Assembly (NCBI GenBank): GCA_039028615.1
Contig: JBCCHT010000007.1
Coordinates: 96,001 to 160,000, forward strand
Source of the DNA: Myxococcota bacterium
GTDB lineage: Bacteria; Myxococcota_A; Polyangia; Nannocystales; Nannocystaceae
Direction of reading: 5' to 3'
DNA: 64,000 bases
Position numbers and translations under genes: made by a program. Positions within the stretch are counted from its first letter, which is position 1. Every line of letters begins with the position of its first letter. The notes under the pieces are model-generated. The model worked only from the letters and a program-made list of their open reading frames with translations, searched no databases and was not told the DNA's origin. Positions 18,320 through 28,305 of the stretch are shown here, one piece after another.

Positions 18320-21300
18320 AACGCATCGCGCATGCCACCGCCGTCCTGGCCGTGCTGTCGACCCAGGTCGGCTGGGACACCCAGACGGTCGGTCCGGCCA
18401 ACAACCAGTGGGAATCGCTGTACATCTTTCCGCCCGAGACCAGCTCGCCCGGCGACCGCTTCTATCTCGGCATCCCCCAAGAACCGTCGCTGGTCACGGG
18501 CAACGAGCACACCGAGCTGAGCCACATCGCGATCCAGCAGCTGGGGTGGACGCAGCTGTACGGGGAGCTGCCCGCGGTGATCGACCTCAACGAGTCGGTC
18601 TATCGCCGCCACCAGCTGCAGGTCCCGGTGAGCCCCGGCTTCAGCGACGCCTACGGAGACGTCACCGACACCGGGCTCACCGAGCGCGCCATTCCCCATC
18701 CGGCTCGGTTCTCCGGGACCGCCGACTACAGCTACACCGTTGCCGACTGGCTCAACAAAAATCAGTTCTGCCCCGCGCTGCCCGAGGGCGTGCCCCAACG
18801 CGACGAGTGCCACACCTTCGAATACTGGCTGGGCGCGGTGTTCAACTCGAGCCACTTCGGCGACCAGGCCACCGCGGTCTACAAGCACTATCACCGCATC
18901 GCGATGGCGTTGGCTCGCAACGCCCAGTTCATGGGCGCGCAGCTCGAGGCCGCGATCGACCAGGGCCGCGCCGACCAGACCGAGCTCGAGGCCTACGTCC
19001 GCGAGGCGGAGCTCGAGGCGTTGATCTACGAGGGCTACGCCCAGCACTACCTGCAAGACCGCTGGTCTTCGGGGCACATGTGGAACCGGTGGAACGCACC
19101 GAGCTACGAAGCCCAGGAGGCACCGATCCGCGAAGAGGCCGAGCTGTCGCCCCACCGGGTGACGGGGCTGGTCTCGGGGATGATCCACGGCGGCGAGGCG
19201 AAACTGAAGAACCTGGCACTCGCCGGCGTGGGGCTGCCCCGCGAGCTGGTGGCCGACCCGATGTGCTCGCCCGTCATCGGCAAGGACGCGCAGGGCAACG
19301 ACGCCGCGCTGGGGGTCGACCACGTCGACCGGGTGTGTGCGGACTCGGGGGCGAACCTCGCCAGCTGCACCGATCCGGGGGTCGGCGACTACCGCCTCCG
19401 CGACATGATGCGATCGCAGTTCGGGGCCAGCTACTACGGGCAGGACTACCCGCTGGACGTGGACGGCCAGCGCACCGAGATGCTGGCGTGCTCGACCGCG
19501 GGCTGGGCCGACGTCGCCAGCCAGTTCCACGACGACGGCTCCGGCCGCTACGGCACCTTCGACCTGACGCTTCCTTCCGGCACGGCCCGCTTCACCGACA
19601 GCAGCCTCGACGAGGTCCAGGTCGGCGGGGCGCGGGTGCGTTGCTGGGACCAGTGGGCCACCAACACCGCGATGAGCCAGGGCCGGGCGCTCCGGGTCGT
19701 GCTCGGTGCCGCCTACCTCGGCCGCGTGGTCGTCCGCTTCGGGCCTCGCTTCTCTCGACTGCTGAAGTTGGTGAAGGGCCAGGACCTCGTCCACCTGTAC
19801 GAGCAGATGATCCTGGCCCGCAACCGCGATCCAAACGGCACCACGCTGGCCCGCAACTGGCAGCCGGATCCCCCCGGTCCCTTCGTCAGCAACAACTACG
19901 GCCTGCTCTCGCTGCAAGGCAGCAAGCCCGGAGGCGAGTACGTCGACGCCATCCCGGCCGCCTACCACGAGCCGGTCGACGGCGGGACCAGTACGCCCTT
20001 CGACGAGCTTCCCGACCAGAGCGACGCCTACGGCACCGCGTGGAGCCACACCGAAGAGCGCACGGAAGAAGCCGCCCGTCCCGGTCTGGACAAGCACACG
20101 ATCTACGGGTTCTTCAACAAGGCCCATAGCCACTACTGGTGCGCCGAGGCGGGGAACAAGCTGCCCTGGAACGACGAGGTCGACCTGTTCCTCACCGGCG
20201 ACGACGACGAGCGCACGCACCCGCGGCAAGGCATGCGCATGCCGGTTCCGCGCCCCGAGGAGGCCAAGGAGCAAGGCGAGACCCTGCGTCGACTCGATGC
20301 CTGCGTGCTCATGGCCGACCGCCTCTACCAGGGCACCCGAGCGTTCTATATGCCCGAAGGGGAGCGAGAGTACCTGGGCGAGTCGGCCGAGTCTCGCCGG
20401 GTGGAGCACGGAGGCGTGGGCCGCCCCGAGGTCGATGCGCCGTGCTCCGTGTTCGCCGACGTCGAGTTCCCCGGCTGGGAGGACAACCCCCGGGACCTGC
20501 ACCCCGGCTATGTCGTCGCCACCGACCCCGAAGACGCGGACAGTGGCCCCTACCTCCAGCGAGAACGCTACGACCACGCCTACTACGAGAGCATCGCCAA
20601 CTGGTGCCGGGCCCTTCCCGTGGTCAACGTCGACACCAACGACATGGCGGTCGACGAGTCCGGCGTTTCGCTCAACGTGAGGCCGGGCATCACCGAGTCG
20701 GGCGAGGTGTCCTTCGCGGATTCCGTGCTCAACCCCCACGTCACCTTGCGCGGGTACAACTTCGGCGACATCGAGGGCCGCGTGCGTCTCGACAGCATCA
20801 ATGGCTGCGTCGACGTGGTCAACGTCTCGCCCTTGGCCGACATCGTGTCGTGGAGCGACCGCGAGATCACCATTTCGGTCGACAACACCCGCTTCATTCC
20901 CGACCTCTACGACATCACGATCATCCGGGACGACCGCAACGAGGACGGCGGACGCGTCCGCTCCGTGGGCCGAGCCCGCCTGGACATCTCGGTGGCGGTG
21001 TTCACCGACGTCGCCAGCCCCGGCGCTCCCCTGCCTCCAGCGAGCAGTAACCAGCCCTTCCGCGCGATCCATCCCTACTGCGACGGTGGCGTGCCCTTCC
21101 GTCACGAGATCTGGGACTGCACGGAGCTCGCCACGACTCAGCTGGTGGACTGCGGCGACGACCAGGTCGGCGCGGGCACCCGCCTGTGGAACGACGAGGG
21201 GCCCTTCGACCCGCAGCCCGGGCCCTGGGACGAGCACACGTGGACGGTCGACCAGGTCGGCACCTGCGAAGACATGTTCTTCCCCTCCGCGGCGTGCCCC

Positions 21301-21420
21301 GACCACGTGCCCGCCTACTACGGGCTCACCTATCGCTTCGACCGTCTGAGCAACGACCCCATCACGGCCACCGATCGCACCTGGAGGTTCGTCCTCGGGT
21401 GGGCTCGGCCCGGCCTCTAG
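18316..21420 (+). CDS. large secreted protein with Zn-dependent phospholipase C/P1-nuclease-like domain and IPT/TIG-like domain
   Basis: Signal peptide followed by Trp; NEH, ADY, NSSHF, H-x3-D-x5-H (HYLQDRWSSGH); VTLRGYNFG...IVSWSDREITISV near C-terminus. Confidence 0.75.
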   Translation: MKRIAHATAVLAVLSTQVGWDTQTVGPANNQWESLYIFPPETSSPGDRFYLGIPQEPSLVTGNEHTELSHIAIQQLGWTQLYGELPAVIDLNESVYRRHQLQVPVSPGFSDAYGDVTDTGLTERAIPHPARFSGTADYSYTVADWLNKNQFCPALPEGVPQRDECHTFEYWLGAVFNSSHFGDQATAVYKHYHRIAMALARNAQFMGAQLEAAIDQGRADQTELEAYVREAELEALIYEGYAQHYLQDRWSSGHMWNRWNAPSYEAQEAPIREEAELSPHRVTGLVSGMIHGGEAKLKNLALAGVGLPRELVADPMCSPVIGKDAQGNDAALGVDHVDRVCADSGANLASCTDPGVGDYRLRDMMRSQFGASYYGQDYPLDVDGQRTEMLACSTAGWADVASQFHDDGSGRYGTFDLTLPSGTARFTDSSLDEVQVGGARVRCWDQWATNTAMSQGRALRVVLGAAYLGRVVVRFGPRFSRLLKLVKGQDLVHLYEQMILARNRDPNGTTLARNWQPDPPGPFVSNNYGLLSLQGSKPGGEYVDAIPAAYHEPVDGGTSTPFDELPDQSDAYGTAWSHTEERTEEAARPGLDKHTIYGFFNKAHSHYWCAEAGNKLPWNDEVDLFLTGDDDERTHPRQGMRMPVPRPEEAKEQGETLRRLDACVLMADRLYQGTRAFYMPEGEREYLGESAESRRVEHGGVGRPEVDAPCSVFADVEFPGWEDNPRDLHPGYVVATDPEDADSGPYLQRERYDHAYYESIANWCRALPVVNVDTNDMAVDESGVSLNVRPGITESGEVSFADSVLNPHVTLRGYNFGDIEGRVRLDSINGCVDVVNVSPLADIVSWSDREITISVDNTRFIPDLYDITIIRDDRNEDGGRVRSVGRARLDISVAVFTDVASPGAPLPPASSNQPFRAIHPYCDGGVPFRHEIWDCTELATTQLVDCGDDQVGAGTRLWNDEGPFDPQPGPWDEHTWTVDQVGTCEDMFFPSAACPDHVPAYYGLTYRFDRLSNDPITATDRTWRFVLGWARPGL

Positions 21421-21456
21421 TCCCCCTCTTTGCCCCCCTCACCACGAGACCCCACC

Positions 21457-21915
21457 ATGACCGTACAACGCCCCCTCCTGTCCCTCACCGCTGCCCTCTG
21501 CTTCACTCTCGCGACCGCGTCCGGTTGTGGCGACGACAGCAGCACGGGTGACGATGCCGCCAACGCGTCGACCGGCAGTGCCGACACCGATGCCACGCCC
21601 ACCCCCGCGGAGACTCCGGCCTCCACGGGTGACCCCGGCTCCACGGGCGATCCCAGCTCCACCGAGTCCACGGGCGACCCCGCGGGCGAGTCCACCGGAG
21701 CCGCCTGCGGTCCCGCTCAGCTATGCGCCCGCACGATCAACGAATGCGAGATCGAGCTGACCCAGCCGCAGTGTGAAGGCTGGTATGCCGACCCCGCCCA
21801 GCACATGTGTGCCGACATCGAAGGCTACACCTCGTGCAACTGCGGCTGCATCGACGAGCCCACCTGCGACGCCTACTTCGAGTGCGGCATGCTGTGCTTC
21901 GAGGACTTCTGCTAA
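21457..21915 (+). CDS. Cys-rich lipoprotein
   Basis: ASGC lipobox, STGDP-repeat linker, C-terminal Cys-rich domain ending CFEDFC. Confidence 0.8.
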   Translation: MTVQRPLLSLTAALCFTLATASGCGDDSSTGDDAANASTGSADTDATPTPAETPASTGDPGSTGDPSSTESTGDPAGESTGAACGPAQLCARTINECEIELTQPQCEGWYADPAQHMCADIEGYTSCNCGCIDEPTCDAYFECGMLCFEDFC

Positions 21916-21919
21916 CAAG

Positions 21920-22813
21920 TCACTGGCAGGCGAGGTGGAGGTCGACGATCTCGCCCGTCCGCACCGCACCGTGGTCGTCGATGAAGGTGAAGCTCGCCCG
22001 CTCGACGCCACAGTTGCCCCGGCCGTCGCACTGCGAGTGCACGCGATAGCCGAGCTCCAGCTCGAGGATCTGGTAGTGCGCCAGAGGCTCGGTCTCCGCG
22101 AAGGTCGAGCGCCGGTCCTGGTCGTGGTCTCCCCACAGCACCAGCTCCGAGAACCGTGAGTCCAGCGGAGTGATGCGACCGTCGCCGTCTTCGTCGAGCT
22201 CGGCCAAGGCGACGAACCCATGGGGTGCCCGCTCACCGCTACCGAGCCGGGTCCCCGAACCGAACAGCTCGCGCCCGGAGTCGATCGAGCCGTTGCCGTC
22301 GCGATCGAGCGCGAGCCAAGGGGTCTGCGCCGCGGGCCAGTCGGTGGTGATACAGCCGCCCGTGCCGTCGAGATCGAAGGTGGCGGCCCCGGCCGCGTTC
22401 ATGCGCGCGGGCAGGCCATCGAAGGACAGCACCAGCGGCGTATTGCAGCCCGCGAATTCGTCTCGGTTCGAGTCCCAGTGCGGCACGCCGCTGTAGAGGT
22501 CGCAGGTCTCGAACAGGCCGGCGGTCTGCTCGCTGTTGCCGCAGCTGCGGGACTCTCCTGGCTGACAGTTGACGAATTCGAGGCACTCGCCCCACTCGTC
22601 GCGCTCGATGCCGTCACGAATGAGGCCGTCGCAGAACTGCGTGCCTTCTTCTCCGTCGGGGAGCGCACAGGCGCGCTGCTCCCCCACCTTTTCGCAGGCT
22701 TCATGCCGAGGCGTCTGCTCCTCGCTGCCGTCGACGACCACATCGCAGGCGAGCAAGAGCGAGCTGCCCAGGCACAGGGCGGCGGAGAACCGAATCGAAG
22801 TCATCGAGGTCAT
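21920..22813 (-). CDS. calcium-binding lipoprotein with FrpC self-processing-module-like domain (copy 2)
   Basis: LLAC lipobox; CNTPLVLSFD...WLALDRDGNGSIDSGRELFG...HGFVALAELDEDGDG; clear paralogue of 16034..17059 (both end D[VL]H[VL]AC[RQ]). Confidence 0.85.
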   Translation of the reverse strand: MTSMTSIRFSAALCLGSSLLLACDVVVDGSEEQTPRHEACEKVGEQRACALPDGEEGTQFCDGLIRDGIERDEWGECLEFVNCQPGESRSCGNSEQTAGLFETCDLYSGVPHWDSNRDEFAGCNTPLVLSFDGLPARMNAAGAATFDLDGTGGCITTDWPAAQTPWLALDRDGNGSIDSGRELFGSGTRLGSGERAPHGFVALAELDEDGDGRITPLDSRFSELVLWGDHDQDRRSTFAETEPLAHYQILELELGYRVHSQCDGRGNCGVERASFTFIDDHGAVRTGEIVDLHLACQ

Positions 22814-22909
22814 GGCAAGTCTCTAAGGCGTACGTGAATGCGAGCCCTCGAGCTCGCCTTCTACTTCCACGAGTACCCACCAACCGCCAATCGATCGCTT
22901 CGCCCCCTG

Positions 22910-22952
22910 AAAAACGAAATGCCCGTGGCCGCTGTCCAAAAAGCGGCCACGG
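22910..22952 (-). terminator. rho-independent terminator of the 23009..23512 gene
   Basis: 11-bp stem CCGTGGCCGCT/AGCGGCCACGG (22923-22952) followed on the - strand by GCATTTCGTTTTT; second 11-bp stem at 22956-22994. Confidence 0.65.
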
Positions 22953-23008
22953 ACGGCGTCTAGGCGCCGAAGAGCGCGACGAACGCCTAGACGCGAGGCG
23001 GCTCGACA

Positions 23009-23512
23009 TCAAAAGTCGATGGGATTGATGCCTTCCTCGCCGCCAGGGCCTTCCTCACCGGCCGAGACTCCGCCGGTCGCGGTCGTCGTGGTCGTGGTCG
23101 TCGTGGTGCTGCTGGTGCTGGACGTGCTCGAGTTCATCGTGGTGCTGCTGGATGTGCTCGTGCCCGTCGTTCCCGTGCTGGTCCCACCGCCGCACGTTCC
23201 GAACGGATCACACTCGGCACACCACACGCCCCACGGCAAGATGATGCAGTCGTAGCAGCAGACCTCGGCCACGTCCTGGTCGGCGACCAGCTCGTCCGAG
23301 CCCGGCATGGAGATGGGCTCACCGTCCTCGTCGAAGAACATGACTTCGGACAGCTCCACTTCCATCGGCTCGCTGTTTTCCTCGGTGAGGACGATGGCCG
23401 AGTGGTCCTCCGTGTAGCGAGCGGAGACCTCCTCCATGGAGCTCCCGAAGTCACACGCGAGATACAGGCCACCGATGGCTACGACGGCAGCCAGCTTGGT
23501 CAAACTATGCAT
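23009..23512 (-). CDS. small lipoprotein with compact Cys cluster and Thr/Ser-rich tail
   Basis: GAGG RBS, LYLAC lipobox, CCYDC-x8-CAEC-x5-C, poly-Thr tail. Confidence 0.75.
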   Translation of the reverse strand: MHSLTKLAAVVAIGGLYLACDFGSSMEEVSARYTEDHSAIVLTEENSEPMEVELSEVMFFDEDGEPISMPGSDELVADQDVAEVCCYDCIILPWGVWCAECDPFGTCGGGTSTGTTGTSTSSSTTMNSSTSSTSSTTTTTTTTTATGGVSAGEEGPGGEEGINPIDF

Positions 23513-23701
23513 TGGTTGTTTCCTCAATTACGCCGGAGAGGGCGGAGACACTGGACGCACCCGGCCATACGCACAGCGCCGAACCCATCGCCTCACGGAA
23601 TCCAACACCCGCGCCGCGAAGGTTCCGTTGGCTTTCGTGGCGGCGATTCGAAAACTGACTGCGGGCCCACTTCGGGCCTCAGCGAAGGCGGGACGAACGA
23701 T

Positions 23702-25048
23702 TCATCCCTCGCCGACGAGGCGCGCTTGCATTCGAAGCCGCAGTCCGCTCCGAGGCCGCGGGAACGGCAGGTAGCGGTAGCGAAGGTCCTGCCCGTCCGC
23801 GAGCGCCCAGTCGTACTCGCGGAGCAGCTTCGCCAGCACGATCTGCATCTGGATCATCGCGAAGTGCTCGCCGATGCAGCGCCGCGGACCGCCACCGAAG
23901 GCGATGAACGCAAAGGGGTGCTGCTCGTGCTCGGCCCGAGGCGCTCGCCACCGCGAAGGATCGAAGCGCTCGGGCTCCGGCCACACCGACTCGTCGCGAT
24001 GGGCTCCGCTCGGGCTCATCAGCGCGACCATGCCCCGGCGGAGGCGAAAGCCGCCGTACTCGGTGTCGGCGATGAACTCTCGAAACGCGCCGCCGATCGG
24101 GGGCACGACCCGCATGCTCTCGTTGAGGACCGACTCGAGCACGGGCATCGAGCGCAGGGCGTCGAGGTCGAAGGGCGCATCCCCGCGAGCGTCCTGCTCG
24201 GCCCGGGCCTCGGCCAGCACCTCGGGATGCTGCAGCAGATGGACCAGGACGTTGGTGAGCGCGGTGACCGTGGTGTCGTGCCCTGCGAACATCAACAGCT
24301 GGATCTCGTCGACGATGGTGGTGTGCGGGAGGGGCTGGCCGTCTTCGTCGCGCAGCTCGAGCAGGGTCCCCAGCACGTCCACCCCGGTCTGGGGCCGCCC
24401 CGCCCGACGCTCCACCTCCGCCCCGATCGCCGCGAAGAGGCGCTCCCGGGCGCTCATGGCCCGGGCGAAGGCAGTGCCCGGAATACGCCACGGCAGGGGG
24501 ACGAACATGCCCTCCACCCAGTGGTCGAAGTCGGCGCTGAGCCGGGGCAGGTCGAGCGCATCGAGCTCGCCGAAGATGTGCCGCGCGGCGACCTCGAAGG
24601 CCAGGCGCTTGAAGCGATCGACGGCGACCGTCTCGCCCTCGTGCTCGGCCCAGCGCCGCAGGTGCTCCTCGCTGACCCGCACGATCGGCTCGACCCACGG
24701 ACCCATGCCCGCGCGGCGAAAGTGCGGCCCGAGTACGCGCCGCCGGGCCCGATGGGCGTCGCCCACCAGCATCGCCATGCTCTGCGCCCCCAACAGCCGC
24801 AGGATGGCGGGGCTCCACTTGTTGCGGAGCACCTTGCCCTCGTTGGCGAAGATGAAGCGGCTGGCCTCGGGCCCCAGCAGGGCCACCAGGCGCATCCCCA
24901 GCACCCGCGCCTGAAAGACCGATCCGAACTGCTCGCGACGGCGCGCCACGAAGCCGAGCGGGTCGCGTACGAACTCGATGGTCTCGCCCACCAGGGGCAG
25001 GCTGGGTCGCCGGGGCGGGAGCGGTCGCTCGTTCGTCACGTCGTTCAT
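23702..25048 (-). CDS. cytochrome P450
   Basis: I-helix AGHDTT, ExxR (ESMR), PERF, haem motif FGGGPRRCIG. Confidence 0.95.
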   Translation of the reverse strand: MNDVTNERPLPPRRPSLPLVGETIEFVRDPLGFVARRREQFGSVFQARVLGMRLVALLGPEASRFIFANEGKVLRNKWSPAILRLLGAQSMAMLVGDAHRARRRVLGPHFRRAGMGPWVEPIVRVSEEHLRRWAEHEGETVAVDRFKRLAFEVAARHIFGELDALDLPRLSADFDHWVEGMFVPLPWRIPGTAFARAMSARERLFAAIGAEVERRAGRPQTGVDVLGTLLELRDEDGQPLPHTTIVDEIQLLMFAGHDTTVTALTNVLVHLLQHPEVLAEARAEQDARGDAPFDLDALRSMPVLESVLNESMRVVPPIGGAFREFIADTEYGGFRLRRGMVALMSPSGAHRDESVWPEPERFDPSRWRAPRAEHEQHPFAFIAFGGGPRRCIGEHFAMIQMQIVLAKLLREYDWALADGQDLRYRYLPFPRPRSGLRLRMQARLVGEG

Positions 25049-25079
25049 CGCGGACCCGACCTGGGCTCGACCCGGCCGA

Positions 25080-25691
25080 CTACTCGGGCAGCGCGCCCTG
25101 GCCTTCGCGCAGGACCTCGATCTGATCGTCGACCAGCTTGAGCACGGTGGAGGGCTCGGGCCACAGCGGGCCGCCGTCCACGACCACCTGCACGTCGCGC
25201 CCGTGCCGATGATCGTAGAGCTCGGCCTCCTCCAGCTCGAACTCGGCATCGGCCGACGTGACCGAGCCGGTGAGCAGCGGCTCGCCGAGCAAGTCCACCA
25301 ACATCCGACACACGGGATGGTCGGGCACGCGCATGCCGACCTCGTGCCACCGGTTCTTCATCTGGCGCGGCACGTCGTTGGTGGCCGAGAGCACCATCGT
25401 GTAGGGCCCGGGTAGCAGCCGTCGCACCACTCGAAACACCCGGTTGCCCATGTGCCCGTAACGCCCGATGTCCGCGATGTCGTTGACGAGCATCGTCAGC
25501 GGCTTGTGGTGCTTTTCCGGGTAGCCCTTGAGCTTGCGGATCTTGGCGATGCCCTTGAGACTCGACAGCGCGCAGCCGAACGCGTAGCCGGTGTCGGTGG
25601 GATAGATGATGACCCCTCCCTTGCGCATGGCGTCGATCGCCGGCTGGAGGTTCCGCGGCGCGGGCCGCTCTATGTCGACTCGGACGAGCAT
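25080..25691 (-). CDS. L-threonylcarbamoyladenylate synthase family protein (TsaC/YrdC/YciO)
   Basis: GGVIIYPTDTGYAFGC, KPLT, LPGPYT, VGMRVPDHP, PSTV motifs. Confidence 0.9.
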   Translation of the reverse strand: MLVRVDIERPAPRNLQPAIDAMRKGGVIIYPTDTGYAFGCALSSLKGIAKIRKLKGYPEKHHKPLTMLVNDIADIGRYGHMGNRVFRVVRRLLPGPYTMVLSATNDVPRQMKNRWHEVGMRVPDHPVCRMLVDLLGEPLLTGSVTSADAEFELEEAELYDHRHGRDVQVVVDGGPLWPEPSTVLKLVDDQIEVLREGQGALPE

Positions 25692-25880
25692 CGATGAAGG
25701 CGGGGTTATCCCTCAGCCTCGTCGCCCTGACCACCACGGCACTCGCCCCGATTCGCGCCAAAACTGGCGCCAGGGGCGAGAATCCGCACGCTTGGCCCCA
25801 GGGAGCCGGCACCGGAGATAGCCTCAAACCCAGACAACCGATCGGTAGACAAAAACTGGCTAAGCGGTAGAATGCGAGCC

Positions 25881-27065
<1,185 letters not shown>

Positions 27066-27084
27066 TCGAAGGGGAAGATGCACG

Positions 27085-28221
27085 ATGGATTTTGAGCTGA
27101 CCTCCGAACAAAAGATGCTGACCCAGACGGTCGCATCCTTCGTCAAAAAGAGTTCGCCCGTAGAGCGCTTCCGTAAGCTCCGCGCCGACCAGCGCCCCTT
27201 CGACCCCGAGGTCTGGGCCCACATGGGCGAGCTGGGCTGGCTATCGGTGCCCTTCTCCGAGGAGGCGGGGGGCTTCGGCGGCGGGCTGGTCGAAGTGGCG
27301 ATCGTCCTCGAAGGCCTGGGCAAGGCGCTCGCGCCCGAGCCCTACCTCGCTTCGGTGGTGCTCGGCGGCCTGGCCTTGGCCCGGGCCGGCAACGAGGCCC
27401 AACACGAACAGTGGCTGGCCCCGATGATCGAGGGCGAGACCACCTTGGCCCTCGCGTGGGCCGAGCGACGCGGCCGCTACGACGCGAGCCAGCCCGAGAC
27501 CACCGCCACGCCCAAGGGCTCCTCGTGGACCCTCAGCGGCGAGAAGGTGTTCGTGCTGGGCGGCTTCCAGGCCAACCAGCTCGTGGTGTCCGCCCGCACT
27601 CCCGATGGCGTGGGTCTGTTCGTGGTCGACCCCGAGGGGCCGGGCGTCGATCGTCAGCCGATTCGAACCATCGACGGGCACGGGGCAGCTCGCCTCCGCC
27701 TCGACGGTGCCGAGGTCGGCGACGAGCACCGCCTGGGCTCCGTCGGCGACGAGGCCAGCGCGGTCCTCGAGCGCGTGCTCGACATGGGCACCGCGGCCGC
27801 CTGCGCCGAGGGCTTGGGCGTCGCTCGGGCCATGCTCGACATGACCGTCGCCCACCTCAAAGAGCGTGAGCAGTTCGGGGTGCCCATCGGGAGCTTCCAG
27901 GTGCTCCAGCACCGTGCCGTCGACATGTTCGTCGAGGTCGAGCTGCTCCAGTCGATGTCGATCCTCGCCTCGCTGCGCGGCGACGACCCGGACGCCGAGC
28001 AGCGGCGGCATGCAATCAGCGCAGCCAAGGCCAAGCTGGCCACCGGGGGGCGCTTCATCTCGCAGCAGGCCATTCAGCTGCACGGCGGCATCGGCATCAC
28101 CGACGAGCACGACATCGGGCTCTACTTCAAGCGCATGCTCGCCCTGAACACGATGCTCGGGGACGAGCAGCACCACGTCGAGCGCTTCACCGCGCAGCCC
28201 AGCTTCGACCACGGCGGCTGA
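27085..28221 (+). CDS. acyl-CoA dehydrogenase (small subunit of PimC/PimD-like pair)
   Basis: MDFELTSEQKML, REQFGVPIGSFQVLQHR, QLHGGIGITDE. Confidence 0.93.
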   Translation: MDFELTSEQKMLTQTVASFVKKSSPVERFRKLRADQRPFDPEVWAHMGELGWLSVPFSEEAGGFGGGLVEVAIVLEGLGKALAPEPYLASVVLGGLALARAGNEAQHEQWLAPMIEGETTLALAWAERRGRYDASQPETTATPKGSSWTLSGEKVFVLGGFQANQLVVSARTPDGVGLFVVDPEGPGVDRQPIRTIDGHGAARLRLDGAEVGDEHRLGSVGDEASAVLERVLDMGTAAACAEGLGVARAMLDMTVAHLKEREQFGVPIGSFQVLQHRAVDMFVEVELLQSMSILASLRGDDPDAEQRRHAISAAKAKLATGGRFISQQAIQLHGGIGITDEHDIGLYFKRMLALNTMLGDEQHHVERFTAQPSFDHGG

Positions 28222-28305
28222 CCGAGCCCGCCCGTAGCCGCGCCGAAGTGCCGTCCCGACATCGGGCGCGGCATTTCGGCGCGCGAGCGTCTACCATGGG
28301 TTGGG

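Noticed and set aside
17056..21306. 1416-aa minus-strand ORF (and similar long ORFs such as 2439..4988, 36233..39934, 54364..56889, 45077..47365, 218..1738)
   Set aside because: Antisense shadows of real genes in high-GC DNA: no motifs, biased V/A/G/R/H composition, complete overlap with well-supported CDSs on the other strand.
25049..25079. Biarylitide-type MxYxH precursor upstream of the P450
   Set aside because: The 31-bp gap to tsaC contains no such mini-ORF.
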